Below, one piece after another: positions 37,401 to 48,802 of a stretch of DNA of 64,000 bases. Every line of letters begins with the position of its first letter. Position 1 is the stretch's first letter. The stretch comes from Azolla caroliniana. Taxonomy: Eukaryota; Plantae; Polypodiophyta. The stretch is taken from NCBI GenBank assembly GCA_043228905.1, contig JBHGNT010000005.1:16430001-16494000 (forward strand), given 5' to 3'. A program made the translations under genes and the position numbers. Below the pieces are notes generated by a model, which made no database searches, was not told the DNA's origin, and saw only the letters and a program-made list of their open reading frames with translations.

Positions 37401-40400
37401 TGTACGCTATCATCGATGAATACCGTCGTGGCATCTCGATGAAGGAAGCTGACATCAACACGAAATATAAAACGGTGGATAAGAAGATCAAGCCAGTTGC
37501 GGTTCCGCTACCGGAAGATAGCTGGCAAAAGATGAAGGAAGTCGCTAATGATCCAAGCTTAAGAGATCCGAAGAAGATAGGTCATGTCTTCACCAAAGAG
37601 ACGAAGGGGAAGCTACGAGTTGGAAAGGAGAATTTCCTTCTCCCTGAAGAGGACCGAATGTTTCGTGATATGCTTGAGAGACATGGGAAGGCTTTCGCAT
37701 TCTTCCCACGAGAAATCGGATGCGCCGACCCAAAGGTTATAGAGCCGATGGTGATCTTCACGGTGCCTCATGTGCCTTGGAACTTGAAACCGATACCGGT
37801 TCCGAGAGCACACCTTCCGAAGCTGATCGAGCTCTTAAAGGAGAAGGTGAGTATGGGAATTCTAGAACCGTCGAATGCTCCTTATTCCAATAGGTGGTTC
37901 ACGGTGCCGAAGAAGAATGGATCATTGCGATTCATCCAAGATCTTCAACCCGTCAACAAGGTGACAATTCAAAATGCCGGAATCGGTCCGAGCGTGGACG
38001 AATTTGCCGAAGCGTTTGCGGGCCGATCCATCTACTCCATTGGCGATCTCTACTCCGGATATGACCAATTCCAATTGGCGATCGACAGTCGGGACATTAC
38101 AACCATGAGGACTCCGATCGGGCTTGTGCGGATGTGTAACTTACCCCAAGGCGCAACGAACTCAGTGGCTCATATGGTGAATGCCATGAATAAAGTCTTG
38201 AAGGATTGCATTCCGGACATCACGATGCCATTCTTGGATGATATTCCGATAAAAGGATGTTCGGATGAGGAGAAAGATGAATCGAAAGATAAGGAAGGTT
38301 GTAGAAAGTTCGTTGCAAATCATATGAAAGATTGCGAGAAGGTGCTTCAAAGGCTCAAAGATGCGAATTTGACATTTTCGAGAGAAAAATCCGCATTTGG
38401 GCAACCAGAGATCTTGGTGGTAGGTCACTTGTGTGGAGCATACGGCCGGAAGCCCTCGCCATCCAAAGTGAACGCAATCCAAGACATGAAAGAAGAATGC
38501 GAAAACCAAACGGAGGTTCGAAGGTTCCTTGGAGCGTGCGCGTTTGATCATATATGGATTCCTCACTACGCTCATGTCGCCGAACCGTTATATGGACTAC
38601 TAAAGAAAAGAATAAAGTTCGAATGGCGAGACGAGCACATAGAGGCGATGCGAAGATTAAAGAAACTGCTTCTTGAAGCTCCGGCACTAAGGAAGGCCAA
38701 CTATGCCGAAGGGAAACGAATTTACGTGACCGTAGATACGAGCCCAACCGGAATCGGGTGGGTCATCAATCAAGAAGGTGAAGATAATGCGCGATATGCC
38801 GTCCGGTTCGGAGCAAAGGTTCTCAGCGAACGGCAACAAAGACATGCCCAAGTCAAGCGGGAACTTTGGGGTATTGTGTCGGCAGTGAAGACGGACAAAG
38901 ATTACCTGATCGGGTCAGAAGTGATAATAGAGACAGATTGTCTCCCAATTCTCGGAATGGTCTCGGGATGTGCGACCCCAAATCTTGCTATGCTAAGGTG
39001 GATCGCCTACATCAAGTCTTTAAACCCAGAGATCCGTCACATCGCAGGGAAGAAGAATGCCATGGCTGACATGCTGTCGAGGGCAAGATTTTCAAATGGA
39101 AGTAACATGGTTTCGGAAGATGAAGATGTCGCCCTCAACTTCTTCAAGATGGCTCGATTGTCGGCGGAAGACCAGGACACGCAAACCCTCCACGCCTTCA
39201 ACGAGAACGAGTACGAAGGAGAATGGTTACTCATCGGTAGATTCCTAAGAACATTGACGACAGATGCTTCGTTGACAAAGGAGGAGGCCCTACGAATCCG
39301 AAAGAAATCTTACTGATACTTCTTGAAGGGAGGATTCCTTTGGCGACATCCAAAAAGAAGGACAGGAATACCACGTCGAGTGGTGGTAAAGAAAGAAGAG
39401 CAAGAGACGCTGATGACCGAATTCCACGAGAGTGCTTGGGCAGGTCATAGAGGAACATGGGCGACGTTCGAAAAATTGAAGGAGAAGTACTGGTGGCCAA
39501 GCATGTACAAAGATGTACTCCATTTCGTGTCCACATGTGAAACTTGCCAAATATATTCAAATATACGTCATCGTGATGAGTTAAAGCCGACATACCCACT
39601 CACCATTCACTTCAAATGGATGGTGGATCTGGTCTCGATGCCAATGGGAGTGGGACAAATGAAGTACTTAGCGCTCGCAAGGGAAGACTTGACAAATCAA
39701 GTGGAAGGACGAGCCTTGACAAATAAGATGACGTCAGCCGTTTGTAAATTTTTACTTGAAGATGTTGTTTGCCGATATGGATGTGTAGGGAAGATAGTGG
39801 CCCACCGAGGGGAGTTGGACACGCACGAAGCGACGGAGCTCTTCGAAAGACTAGGCGTGAAGCTCTCCCTCACGACTGCCTACAATCCGGAAGCAAATGG
39901 GAAGATCGAGCGAGGGCATGGACCTATCGTTAAAGCCATCGTACGGGCATGCAACGGTCGAGTCGGGAATTGGCCACGACTATTACCCTATGCCTTGTGG
40001 GCCGATCGAACGACACATAGCTCGGTTACAGGGTATATGCCGACGGAGCTTATGTATGGACAAAAGCCGATTATGCCCATCGAAAGGACGATCGCCTCAT
40101 GGGTAGCGATACCTTAGGAGAACGAGATGAGCCGAGAAGAGTTATTAGCGGCGCGGATAAGGCAACTTGAAAGAAGACCTGAAGATTTACAAAAAGCGCG
40201 AAAGATGATGAAGGCAGCCCGAGTAAAGAACAAAGTTCGGTTCAACAACACGCATCGACTTCGTCCCAAGAAGATTGAAGAAGGGGATTGGGTTTTGGTT
40301 TACGATAGCACCCTTGACAATCAACACACTACAACAAGGAAGTTCGCAAGAAGATGGTTCGGGCCGTATGTGGTGACAAGTGCCAACGATAATGCCACAT

Positions 40401-42629
40401 ACCACCTTGCGGAACTAGACGGATCAAGGTTGGCCGTACCCATTGCGGGAAAAAGAGTAAAGATTTTCAAGAAAAGACAAGACAAGGATCCTGACCTTGA
40501 TTACCTCGACGATGAACATAATAGGCCGGATGAAAATGAAGACATGGAGGAATCTAATTGATCATCGTAGCCGAAATCTCACTTCTTCTTTTCTTGGCAT
40601 GTACCGGAGGATGTGCGGTTTGGTGGGGGTGGATGTCGTGAAGATTTTCGGCAATAGTGTGAAAATCCTATAAAACGTACGAAATCGAGTATGAATCACG
40701 TTGTCGTGAAGATTTTCGGCAATAGTGTGAAAATCCTATAAAACGTACGAAATCGAGTATGAATCACGTAGTACAATAATTGTGAAGATAACATTTTAAA
40801 TAGATTTAATATCTAAGTACAAAATGATGGAGGTTTCGAATGCACTTTATTACACGAGAAACGGACAACTAAATGTCAAGATATGAGGGTATAAAGTTTG
40901 TAAAAGGAAAGGAGAAATTTGTGAGATATCCCACATAGGCACGACAAATACAGCTCTCATCATATATAAGGTGGAGCAAAAGATATTATCTTTGTGTCTA
41001 TGTGTGGAGCATAGAGAGTTCAAGGTAACTTGAACTAAGAGTGGAGGTGGGCTAGCTACTCGTAAAGGGTTTTGGCCAACCAAAACCGGACCGGCGATGG
41101 AGCCGGTGATCCGGCGATGGAGCCGGTGATCCGGCGGCATCGGTAACCGACGGCATCCGGCGACGACACCGGTAACCGACAACATCCGGCGACGACACCG
41201 GTAACCGACGACATCCGGCAACGACACCGGTAACCGACGACATCCGGCGATGCACCGGTATCCGGCGACGGTATCTGGCGACTAGATAAATAAATATATA
41301 AATATATATACATATTTACATATACAAGGAGGGCAAGTAAGGATTCGAACCTTGCACCTCCAAGTTAGGAGTCAATTGGCTTACCATTAAGCCATGCTAT
41401 TTAGTTAAAATTATATTTCTATCATTGTAGTTTTACATGTAAATTCTCATACATGAGAACTAAAATGAGTGACATGGTTATCATGCACCACATGTAATAC
41501 ATAAGCGCCAAATGGCAAACATGCAATTTATGCATGTCTTGTACCCTCACATGCATCATATGCATGAGAGCATCTATAAAAGAGGGAAGGGGGATGAGAA
41601 AAAACACGGTTTTTTTTTATGAAAATTAAGAAGAGGAAATTCGTTATCAAATTAATCGTGTAACTTATTTCTTAAATCTAAAGTTAAAAGTTCAATCAAT
41701 CTTTCTCAATCGTTTAATCTCGACTTCTCTCTTTCCCAATCTATCTTAAGTACTTTCTTGCCAAAGCTTGTATCGACTTTGAATCCTTCCGGTCCAGAAC
41801 CCCGGCGGTTCCGCCTCATGATCCGCGCGTAGTGACGGATCTTTACGACAGCGGGACGAAGGACGCCGCGGCAAAACACCAAGACCGACGACATGGGCCG
41901 AGCGCGATCGGCATGAGCGGAGAGTCATGTCTTGAGAACCGAAGAAGGTGCGCAGAGAGCAACGGGCTACACGCCGGGAAGAGGAAGCACGGCTTCCTGG
42001 AGGGCATGCAAGGCCAAGCGGACCAAGAGGGCGCAAGTCGAGGCGAAGCGGTAACGAGAGTCTCGAGGGACACCGACACGGAGGTCGGGATGACAGTACG
42101 CTCTACCGCGAGACAGCACAGCGAACAACGGGGAAAGCCTACGGAAGGCAAGCACGGAGCGGAGAGAATCGGCACGCCGAGGTGTGCGGCACGCAAAGGG
42201 CGGAATCCGGCATGCGACCGGGAGCGCATCCGAAGGATATACGAGGCGGGCAAAGGAAGGGCAACCGGGTCGGCGACGGCGCTCGGGAGGACCGAACGGG
42301 GAGGAAAGCACGGGCATCGGATACGGCGGGTCGGATGTAGTCGGTGGTTCAAGGACCCACGGTGGACGTGGCGGATCGGGTGGAGGCAACGACTTGGCGA
42401 ACATCATCGAGTGTGGCGGATCGGATGGCGCCGACGGTTCGAGACCATTCGGCGAGGATGGTGGACCAGAAGGCGGCGGTGGTTCGTGTGGACGGGGTGG
42501 TCTTGCTCGAAGTGGAGGACAAAACCGGGCGGGCCCACGAGGGCGCTAAGGACTCGGCCGGTCGTCATGGCCGAAAATCTCGTGTTCTCTCCCCTATGTT
42601 TTGGCACATACCGGTGGATGTGCGGTTAG
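25492..42629 (+). CDS. Single ORF of B (about 1071 aa when 25492-27932 is joined to 41855-42629): partial Gag, acidic Gly-rich repeats, basic Trp/Arg-rich C-terminus
   Basis: Removing C and one TSD copy rejoins the frame (...KRG|TKDAAAKH...) with no stop codon; DKVPLFLKSV and GLTEDWNEV resemble Gag. Confidence 0.75.
28519..28598 (-). promoter_or_regulatory. tRNA-like Pol III module in C 5' LTR (copy in 3' LTR about 41322-41400)
   Basis: Minus strand: TGGCTTAATGGTAAGC (A box with D-stem GCTT/AAGC), CTCCTAA loop, GGTTCGAATCC (consensus B box in the 3' LTR copy). Confidence 0.65.
30854..32023 (+). CDS. gag: Gag of G (coiled coil, capsid, CCHC knuckle)
   Basis: PTKFDGTRSQFRGF, LRQG..ASAYAADF, PTPMEID, CLYCGGPGHIAINC. 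Confidence 0.95.
   Translation: MATVSAEEYQSVFSEFQCLKEKFHALEQENQRLLGDLQQISLEKQQTQQQHGELALRVQQLEATIVAMQQQGHGAQGIHKEPKIGLPTKFDGTRSQFRGFLNQVRLVIQMHPSRYPTDASRVGLVGTLLNGSALAWFAPLLEKESPVLNNFEEFISEFKACFGDTDSIRTAINKIRRLRQGDRPASAYAADFRLLAADIPWDDQALMEQFRYGLRNDVKDLLLTFPEEPKSLTEAISRAVRCDNRLFERRSERQFQMPRARSEPTYASVVAKPFQRESHNAPPVSTPTPMEIDTTRRRGPLSEEEKQRRRTNRLCLYCGGPGHIAINCPHRPRRQVNQVIVSSDYTKPESISVGISDNPHSHNSPNSTNSPNLANKFDVLSQLEEELND
32011..35607 (+). CDS. pol: Pol of G (protease, RT, RNase H, integrase, chromodomain), probably entered by -1 frameshift
   Basis: LLDSGA, YLDD, ADASD, HHCC, DFITDLP, GPF, EYEV..ILD...YLVDWLGY...TWEP; the -1 frame is open from 32011. Confidence 0.95.
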   Translation, partial: VKRLSPAKIGAVWLDSPRSVQPISGSIPSKQVSDVFVAQVAVSTKSTPPVHTLALLDSGANSCFMDRNFARAHRISLKKLPCPASVVVIDGRPIASGNIIEESEPVNIVLDNLTCVVSFNIISIPEHPIVLGLPWFELHDPDIDWRTREIRLRQTQGSTQKVATISLRQLREEGRKEEMFLFAISVQPSSTTKEESTVQLPEKYRQYADVFDKVQANTLPHHRPYDCAIDLQPGKEPPWGPIYNLSPTELEVLRAYIEENLENGFIRHSKSPAGAPIFFVKKKDGSLRLVVDYRGLNKVTVRNRYALPLISSLLERINGARFFTKIDLRGAYNLVRIRPGDEWKTAFRTRYGHFEYTVMPFGLTNAPAVFQHMANDIFRDLLDDFLIIYLDDLLVYSKTQEEHDSHVLLVLKRLREHGLYAKLEKCSFGCNQVEFLGYVISSEGISMDPAKVKTVIEWHTPRSVRDVQCFLGFANFYRKFIQNYSKIVLPLTQLTRKGQSFIWSKETNMAFESLKKAFTSAPILGHVDPEKPFIIEADASDFALGSILSQQGNDEKLHPVAFHSRKFDAAEINYEIHDKELLAIVDSFMQWRHFLEGSPHQVTVFSDHKNLAYFQDARVLNRRQARWAHFLTRFDFKITYRPGKHQGKADALSRRSYLTPRPGEPAFDNQKQVILGPARLQAAQVFDMPVDSDITNTIREDLKTDAFAQAILAQIDPSRASCSQSQSPGTDYRQFKYCDGLLFFKELLYVPNGSCRLRVVQNCHDTYTAGHFGSTKTLDLVQRSFWWPRMRQFVEDFVLTCDTCCRAKMPRHHPYGLLEPLPIPSKPWQSIALDFITDLPVSKGFSAILTVVDRYTKMAHFLPCTKEISSEDTAEIVMREVCRHHGLPDNIISDRGPQFVSKFWKHLFKMLKVTCNLSSGYHPQTDGQAERTNQTLEQYLRCFLNYHQNDWADILQFAEFAYNNAIHASTKVTPFYAYTGYHPRWCVLETPEVSTNPCAEDRLERLRKIQADLSTQLQQAQQSHKDYADRHRLPSSFNIGDRVWLLRRHIKTTRPCEKLDYRRLGPFRIIGKINDVAFRLELPPQLRIHPVFHSSLLEPYHESTIPGRTIQPPPPIELEDGPEYEVAAILDSKIIRNKLYYLVDWLGYSPSERTWEPIENVTNARALLEDFHRRYPEKPGPQSKTTRETRRFKGGIVS
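37067..40561 (+). pseudogene. pol: pol of C (RT, RNase H, integrase): one frame with two premature stops
   Basis: ORFs at 37142, 39323 and 40127 share a frame; FLDD RT motif, VDTSPTGIG, HRG/CETCQ, NPEANGKIERGH, GPY; stops at 39314-39316 and 40115-40117. Confidence 0.92.
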
Positions 42630-43429
42630 GTGGGGGCGGATGTCGTGAAGATTTTCGTCCACGAGCGGAAACCCGAGCAACGAGAGCCAAAGAGCGATGT
42701 GCAACATTGCACACGTACATAATGTATTTGTAATAATAATAGGGGAAAAGGGTATGGTGCTAAAAATGCCCCATAAGATCCCTAAGGTATAAAGGCGATG
42801 CGGTCTTGTGCGCACATCCACGCGAGAGAGAGAGAGAGAGAGGTACTATGCGGTACATAGGTACCTAGTTGTTTGTGAGGAGGTGGGAGTTAAGGGGCCA
42901 TCAATCTCACCCTCCCCCAAATCAAGGCAAATATCCCCTTTGAATGAAAGGGGATATTTTAGTCTCGTTTGGTAAACGGTCTTCCCTCCTTGTGCTATAA
43001 AAGGAGAGGGAAGGCACCATTGTGAGGGTTGCCTATTTTGAGTGTGCGAGGTATACCACATAAGTCGAGCGTTAGGGTTAGGGTTAGGGTTTCGAGTAGT
43101 CGTTTGGTGCGGCCTATGCGGCCACCATTTTGTAATCGTTCATCTCGTTTTAATACATCTTGTTGTTCATCTTATTGTTCATCTTGTCTCCATCTTCCTC
43201 TTGTTCATTCTTCTTCTTCTTGAGCAAAGCTTCCATTCCGTGTCTGATTCCTTCTCCTCTACTCCTTAGTCCAAGACCCCCATGGTCCCGCCCTTCTGCA
43301 CGCACGCGCGTAGCAACGCGACAGCGCACTCACTAGTCGATCTACAGCTGAAGCCATGGCTTCCACAAGCTCCGTTCCCCTCATCTTTTCTATTCCTTTG
43401 CCGCCTCTTCACATAGGGTTCACCAAATA

Positions 43430-44106
43430 TGTCGTGTTCTTACGTGCGTGCGTATAGAACGAGGCAGGACCACGAGGGTCTTGGACCAAGGAATAACCGA
43501 ACAAGAGTAGGAGCAAGAAAGACAATGGTCGTGCTTCCACACACACACGCGCATATACACAGAAACCGCAACTGAATGAACAACGGAAACGAGACGAATG
43601 CATATATGTATGTATATATTCTGATGAAAAAGGGTTACAAACGGCAGGCCAGTGAGCAACAAATCTCCTACGCCTAAACACACGCACACAAAAGAGCGAG
43701 ATGGAGACTCTACCGAAAGCACTCGGGCGTTCCGCGGAGCGGAGTCAGCCTCCTGAAAACCCGCACAGCGCAAATACAGAGAAAGATGGAGGAGAAGAGC
43801 TCGGTCCGAGTCTGACAACACTTCGTCCTCGACAAAAGCAATCCCCCTTTTTACGATTCCTCTCCCTCTCTTTTATAGCCCAAGGAGGGAGACCGTTACA
43901 ACTTGTTTCGTCCTCTTTATTCTCTGTCCTTTCAGACAAAGATATGCCTCGATTTCCTATCTATCAATTTTGTGCGACCTAGGATATTCATATCAGCCGA
44001 CATGTACCTAAATATGTACATTACAACAAAACTTGTGCCCGCATGTAAGGGCCGGTTCGCGCACATCATTCTCTGATTCCGCCTAGGGACAGTTTTCTGC
44101 ACGACA
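43430..44106 (-). repeat. 5' LTR of element A
   Basis: Adjacent to PBS TGGTGAACCCTATGTGAA (43408-43425); matches 3802-5754. Confidence 0.9.
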
Positions 44107-45337
44107 ATGTGTAGTACGTTCATCAACTTTCCCTTTTGTCGAACATGGCTTAAGGGGACTTCTCCGACATGCACAATCGGGTGAGGGGTGTTGTCTCCGG
44201 TTTCGACGATTCCTGGTTGCTCCGATTTCTTCAAAAATGAGAACCACTCTTCGTGGCTCATCATGTGGTTTGACACTCTAGAATCAACATACCATACTTC
44301 CTTTGATTTGGAAATAATCTTCTTCATCAAGTTAGCCTTGTGTTTCATCACAAAGGCTGGCCCCTTTCCGGTTTTCCCGGTTCCGGATCCTTCCGATCCT
44401 TCTGTGGAGTGTGACGGATTTGTCCGAATCGGCACACTTCTTCCAGCATTCGCTTTCTATGTGGCCTTTCTTGCCACAATACCAGCATGCCGTGTCGGCC
44501 TTCCCTTGCCGGTTTCTGGCGCTGTTTTGACTTCCCCTGCTCATGGAGGGTCCGGAACTGTTGTCGGCACTATCTCGGTGCCTTCGATTCTACTCTTGTC
44601 GGCCGCTTCCATTGCGTGCCGACCCACCTCGTCCTCCATGTCCACGGGGTCAGTCCGCCTCCGTGTACAACATCCAGTTTTCCGGTTCAGTGGTCCTCGA
44701 CCCACTCGCATGGTTTTCTTCGACCATAACCATCAATTGCAGGTCAAAGGGTGCAAATCGTCATTTGGATTGGCCCGTACTGTTGTGCTAGACCACCAAG
44801 GTAGATTTGTACCATTTTGTCTTCCTCCACCATCACATTGATGACACGAGTGCATCACAAGTCTCCTTTATTTTGGTGGTGTACTCCATAACTAACATCT
44901 CTCTCTGTCGGATGTTGTTCAACTCTTGCTGGAGTTGCAACTTACAAGTTGTGGTACATGCGGCGAAAATATTCCGAAGATTTTCCTAGGACTCCTTCAG
45001 CATTTTTGCATCCTTGATATAGCCTAGCATCTTATCATGCACACAGGATGCGAGACAGTACAACACTCTGCTCGCTCCTTGTTCCCATGCCGGGAAGTCC
45101 TTGTGTGTCAACTCCGGCGCTACATTGTTCGTTCCTTCCACATAGCTCCAGTAACCATGCCCCAGTATGTACTTGTGCATTTTATATGACCAGGATGCAT
45201 AGTTGCTACGGTCAAGCTTTTCTGTGGGAAGCGAAATTGCCATACCTCTGTCCATCTCACTTCTCTTATGTTCTTCACTGTGTGTTAGGGTTTGTCTTTG
45301 GAAGCGTCTATCGGCTGCATAGGTTCTCAACCCTCGT

Positions 45338-45671
45338 GCTCTGATACCATGTGAAAGTTAATATGCAAAAGCGTATGACAAATCGGTTGTGTTGGATACC
45401 AACAGAATGTAGAGAGAAGAAGGTTTTACAAAGAATGCACAGGAGAGACAGAGATAGCAGAACATAAACTCAATTCAAAAAGATAATACACATTGTACAT
45501 AGAATGCGCTTAGAGAGCACTTTTATACAAGTCCATAAAGGACTGACAGGTACTTCAATGCTCATACGAGTGACTGGCACTGACTCCCAAAACTATGCCT
45601 ACGTACTAGGCTAGATCCGTAGGCCTCTAACGGCTTACCGGTTTCAATCCGATCCGGCTCCTGGTTCCGGA
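45338..45671 (-). repeat. tRNA-iMet PBS (45338-45349) and partial 5' LTR (45350-45671) of Copia K
   Basis: TGGTATCAGAGC directly after ...CACA on the minus strand; the LTR is cut by F at 45672. Confidence 0.85.
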
Positions 45672-46363
45672 TGTTGTCTAGAGGACAGAAATGTAAAATT
45701 AGGAAATTAGCAAATGGCGGTAGTGTAACCGAGTAGGAAAGAACGCCAGCGAGCGCCGAGTCCGAGTATCACGGGCCATCGACGGCTCAGCTGTGTATTA
45801 GGGGAAACGTTATTTAAACAAGGTCGAGTACCTCAGAGGAAGGGAGAGAAAAAAAGGATAGGCGGAAGCACTAGCAAATTCCATCGTAATTAGATACTAT
45901 TGTAAGGTCATCGGCCGTAAGCCGCGCTCTATAACCCTTTTGCTGTCACATTAATACATATCTGTTATTGTGCCCATCTTGCTCCATGAGTCTGTGTTTC
46001 TCATGTGTTTCTGAATTAAGCGTCGTCCACGCCTATCAAGATCTCACTAGTGCTCCATCTCGGATTATTTTCTACCTCACAACGCCTCTGTTTACGAGCC
46101 TTCACGTAACACATCCTTTGCTACCAGTAACCTCACGTCTATCGAAGGTGTCACCCAAAGGAACGGGTAACACAATTTGGCACGCCCGGTTACAGCTGTG
46201 AGTGCACAGCGAACTTCGTTGAAGGTAACCACCAGCCGCCGTTACGGCACCCTCTCGCACCACGAGGTCTCGGCCACCTGCCCGACGCCCTGAGCCAGTC
46301 GAAGGAACTTCCGACTCGGCAGTCACTGACCAATCCTTTCCCGAGCAATCGGAGGCTCCCCCA

Positions 46364-48802
46364 GTGCAATCCTCACCACCAGACACTCAATCGAGAGTTG
46401 ATTCCCCACCACAACCCCCGCCAAGCCCTCCGGAGGTCACTCAACCAGAACTAAACCCTTTCCCGGTGCTACCAGAAGACCCAGAGTACATCATGTTGTA
46501 CCCATACCCACGTTACACCGATAGACCAGACGCGGAGTCACACATCCGTGCCTTCATATCTACGTGGCAGGCCAACCACTCAATGCACCGCCTCACGCCG
46601 ACCGAAATCGATGCCTCAAAGATTGCCGAGTTCACACTCTCCCTCGATGGACCGGCCGCACGATGGTACTCTCGCCTTGAACTAGGAGAGGGAACCACCT
46701 TCCAAATCGTGCGCACAAAGTTCCTTGAACTCTTTCATCGTGAGGTGCCCAAACGGGAACTGCTCCGGCAATTCTTCTCGATATGCCAAGAACCGCACGA
46801 AACGGTCGCGCAGTTCACGATCCGGTTCCAGGATCTCTACCGACAAGTGGCCGACGATGTCTCTGCACAACATATACCGGACACTTTCCTGTCTAGTTTA
46901 CGAGAGCCTCTCCGAACGACTCTCGCACTTACAAATTTTGCCGACCAAACTATCGAGGAAGTCATAGCGCGAGTCCTCGCCCTCGATCGATCCCAACACG
47001 GCGCGGCCTTCTCTATGACCTCCCTACAAAATGCCCTTCCACAGGAGGACAACCGCTTTCGCCAAGCCCTCCAATGCACGATCTGTTCAGGCTCGGGTCA
47101 CCTGGCTCTCGAATGTCCTCATCTCCCACAGTGTCCAATTTGCCAATCGCGATCTCACACCATCGAACAATGCGAGTACAACATGCTCAATCGCAGTATG
47201 ACCGCACCAGTTCGCCAAATCGAGCCCAGGAACACGTACTCTCGACAGGATGAGCGTAATTCCTACCGAGACAACGATAACGATCGCCCACGATCACCGG
47301 ATAGACGATGATTACTGTCGAGATGACTGCCGGGATCGCTATCGCGACGACCGAAACGATGATTATGATCGTTACGACGATGATCAGGATGACAGATATG
47401 ATCGGAGGAACTCACGTAACGATTGGCGAAACGGAAACCGCAACTCACACAACAATAGAAGGAACAACGACAACCGCCGACGAGATGCTCCTCCGAACGA
47501 CCAGCAGAACACCAATGCACCTCGGACCAACCCGCCACCAAACTTGACAAGGAATCAACCGCAACAACTCCCACACACAGACCGGGCTGACACCAGCAAC
47601 TCGGCCAACGTTACGTGTTTTAAATGTAACCAACTCGGCCACTATGCCACGCAATGCCCAATAACCGACCATGGCAAAGCACCTGCGGTGAACAGTATCA
47701 TGGCCGATGTTCAAACCGTCACTACCCGGAGTAAAGCGCAGACTACACAATGGCCAATCCAGCATGAAGTCCGTCAGGCAGCAAAAGAATGGATCGACAC
47801 GGCCAATAAAAAGAATGTCATGCGCATGCAAATTGACATGAGAGACGTGCCCAGCGAAGCACCACAAACCTCGGTACAATCCACGTTGGAGGAGGACGAC
47901 CAACTATGGGATGTTCTTACCAACTCTCGCATCTCGCTGCTCCTACATAAACTGTTACCACTCATGCCGAGATTTCAGGACACCCTGGCGGCACTCTAGG
48001 CCAATACTAAGCCCGTGATGCCACCGGTACACCTCACCGAAGCAGGCACAGGTCCACCACTCATGGATTCTCAGAACCCAGCCATGCGAATCATCATTAA
48101 GGGACAAGACCTGCACGGATGCATCATAGACGGCGGATCCGACGTAAACGTTATTAGCGAGACAATGTGTCACAACCTCGGCCTGAATCAATGGGAACCA
48201 TGCCCCTTTTGGGTTCGGATGGCCGACACCCGCTCCGTTCGCCCCATTGGTTTAATCCGCCATCTCGACTTCACACTTGGAGGCCACATGTTCACGATCT
48301 CGGCCGTCGTGCTAAGACTGGAGACACAAGGCGCCTACCCAATGTTACTAGGTCGACCATGGTTGCGTACAGCGAATATCAAGCAACATTGGCAACGCAA
48401 CATGATCTCGTTCCGAAGAGGCAAGACAAAAGTCCGAATCATCACTGAAGAACGAGTCCCCGTGGCCCTCAACACTTCGCCGTTATACGCGGAAGGGGTC
48501 CATATGCTTGACGGTTTGGCCAATGAGGAGGTCGATGACTTCCTAGATGATCATCCCACGATCATCCCTCTCTTCGAAATCCATGCCATACCAACCATCG
48601 AGCCACCTAAAGACGACGAAGTCACGGAGGAATCACCACCCCAAGATGAACCAAATCCAACCACAGTTGCCGAGCTACGTCATGCTCGGGATGCTTTCGA
48701 ACGCGAACTCGCCATTTCACAACGAGTCAAAGCATCAACCCTGGAAACAATAAAACTCAGCTCGGACGAGAATCCCCGTACGTTACAAATTGCCAATAAT
48801 CT
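46364..48802 (+). pseudogene. gag: gag-protease of F
   Basis: ORFs 46364-47311, 47250-47999 (CFKCNQLGHYATQC) and 48015 onward (IIDGGSDVN, LLGRPWL). Confidence 0.88.

Larger units (their letters stand above)
27933..41850 (+). mobile_element. Element C: autonomous-type non-chromoviral Gypsy with tRNA-Trp PBS, split by G
   Basis: LTRs 27933-29047 and 40702-41850 (plus a 68-bp duplicate at 40634-40701); TSD GCGG; 12-bp inverted termini TGTCGTGAAGAT/ATCTTCACGACA; PBS 29056-29073; gag-pro and pol. Confidence 0.94.
24823..43323 (+). mobile_element. Element B: non-autonomous LTR retrotransposon, split by C
   Basis: LTRs 24823-25447 and 42641-43323; TSD GTGC/GCGC; PBS 25452-25469 TGGTGAACCCGACGTGAA; G-rich tract before 42641; no pol. 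Confidence 0.92.
3802..44106 (-). mobile_element. Element A: degenerate non-chromoviral Ty3/Gypsy with tRNA-Trp PBS, hosting nested insertions
   Basis: Matching LTRs at 3802-5754 (interrupted) and 43430-44106; 4-bp TSD ATGT (3798-3801, 44107-44110); PBS 43408-43425; G-rich tract 5755-5772; gag/pro/RT/RH/IN fragments in Gypsy order. Confidence 0.92.
1745..45671 (-). mobile_element. Element K: degenerate Ty1/Copia, split into 1745-3801 and 44107-45671 by element A
   Basis: Order on the minus strand is Gag (44986-45330), CCHC knuckle, protease (WYVDS), then after the insertion GAG-pre/integrase and RT (LHQMDMKNVFLQGDL, LKKSLYGLKQA). The frame LMNVLHI|LTITKN rejoins across the ATGT duplication. 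PBS at 45338-45349, LTR from 45350. Confidence 0.9.

Noticed and set aside
41322-41400. Functional tRNA-Arg(CCT) gene
   Set aside because: Acceptor and anticodon stems do not pair properly; kept only as a tRNA-like module.
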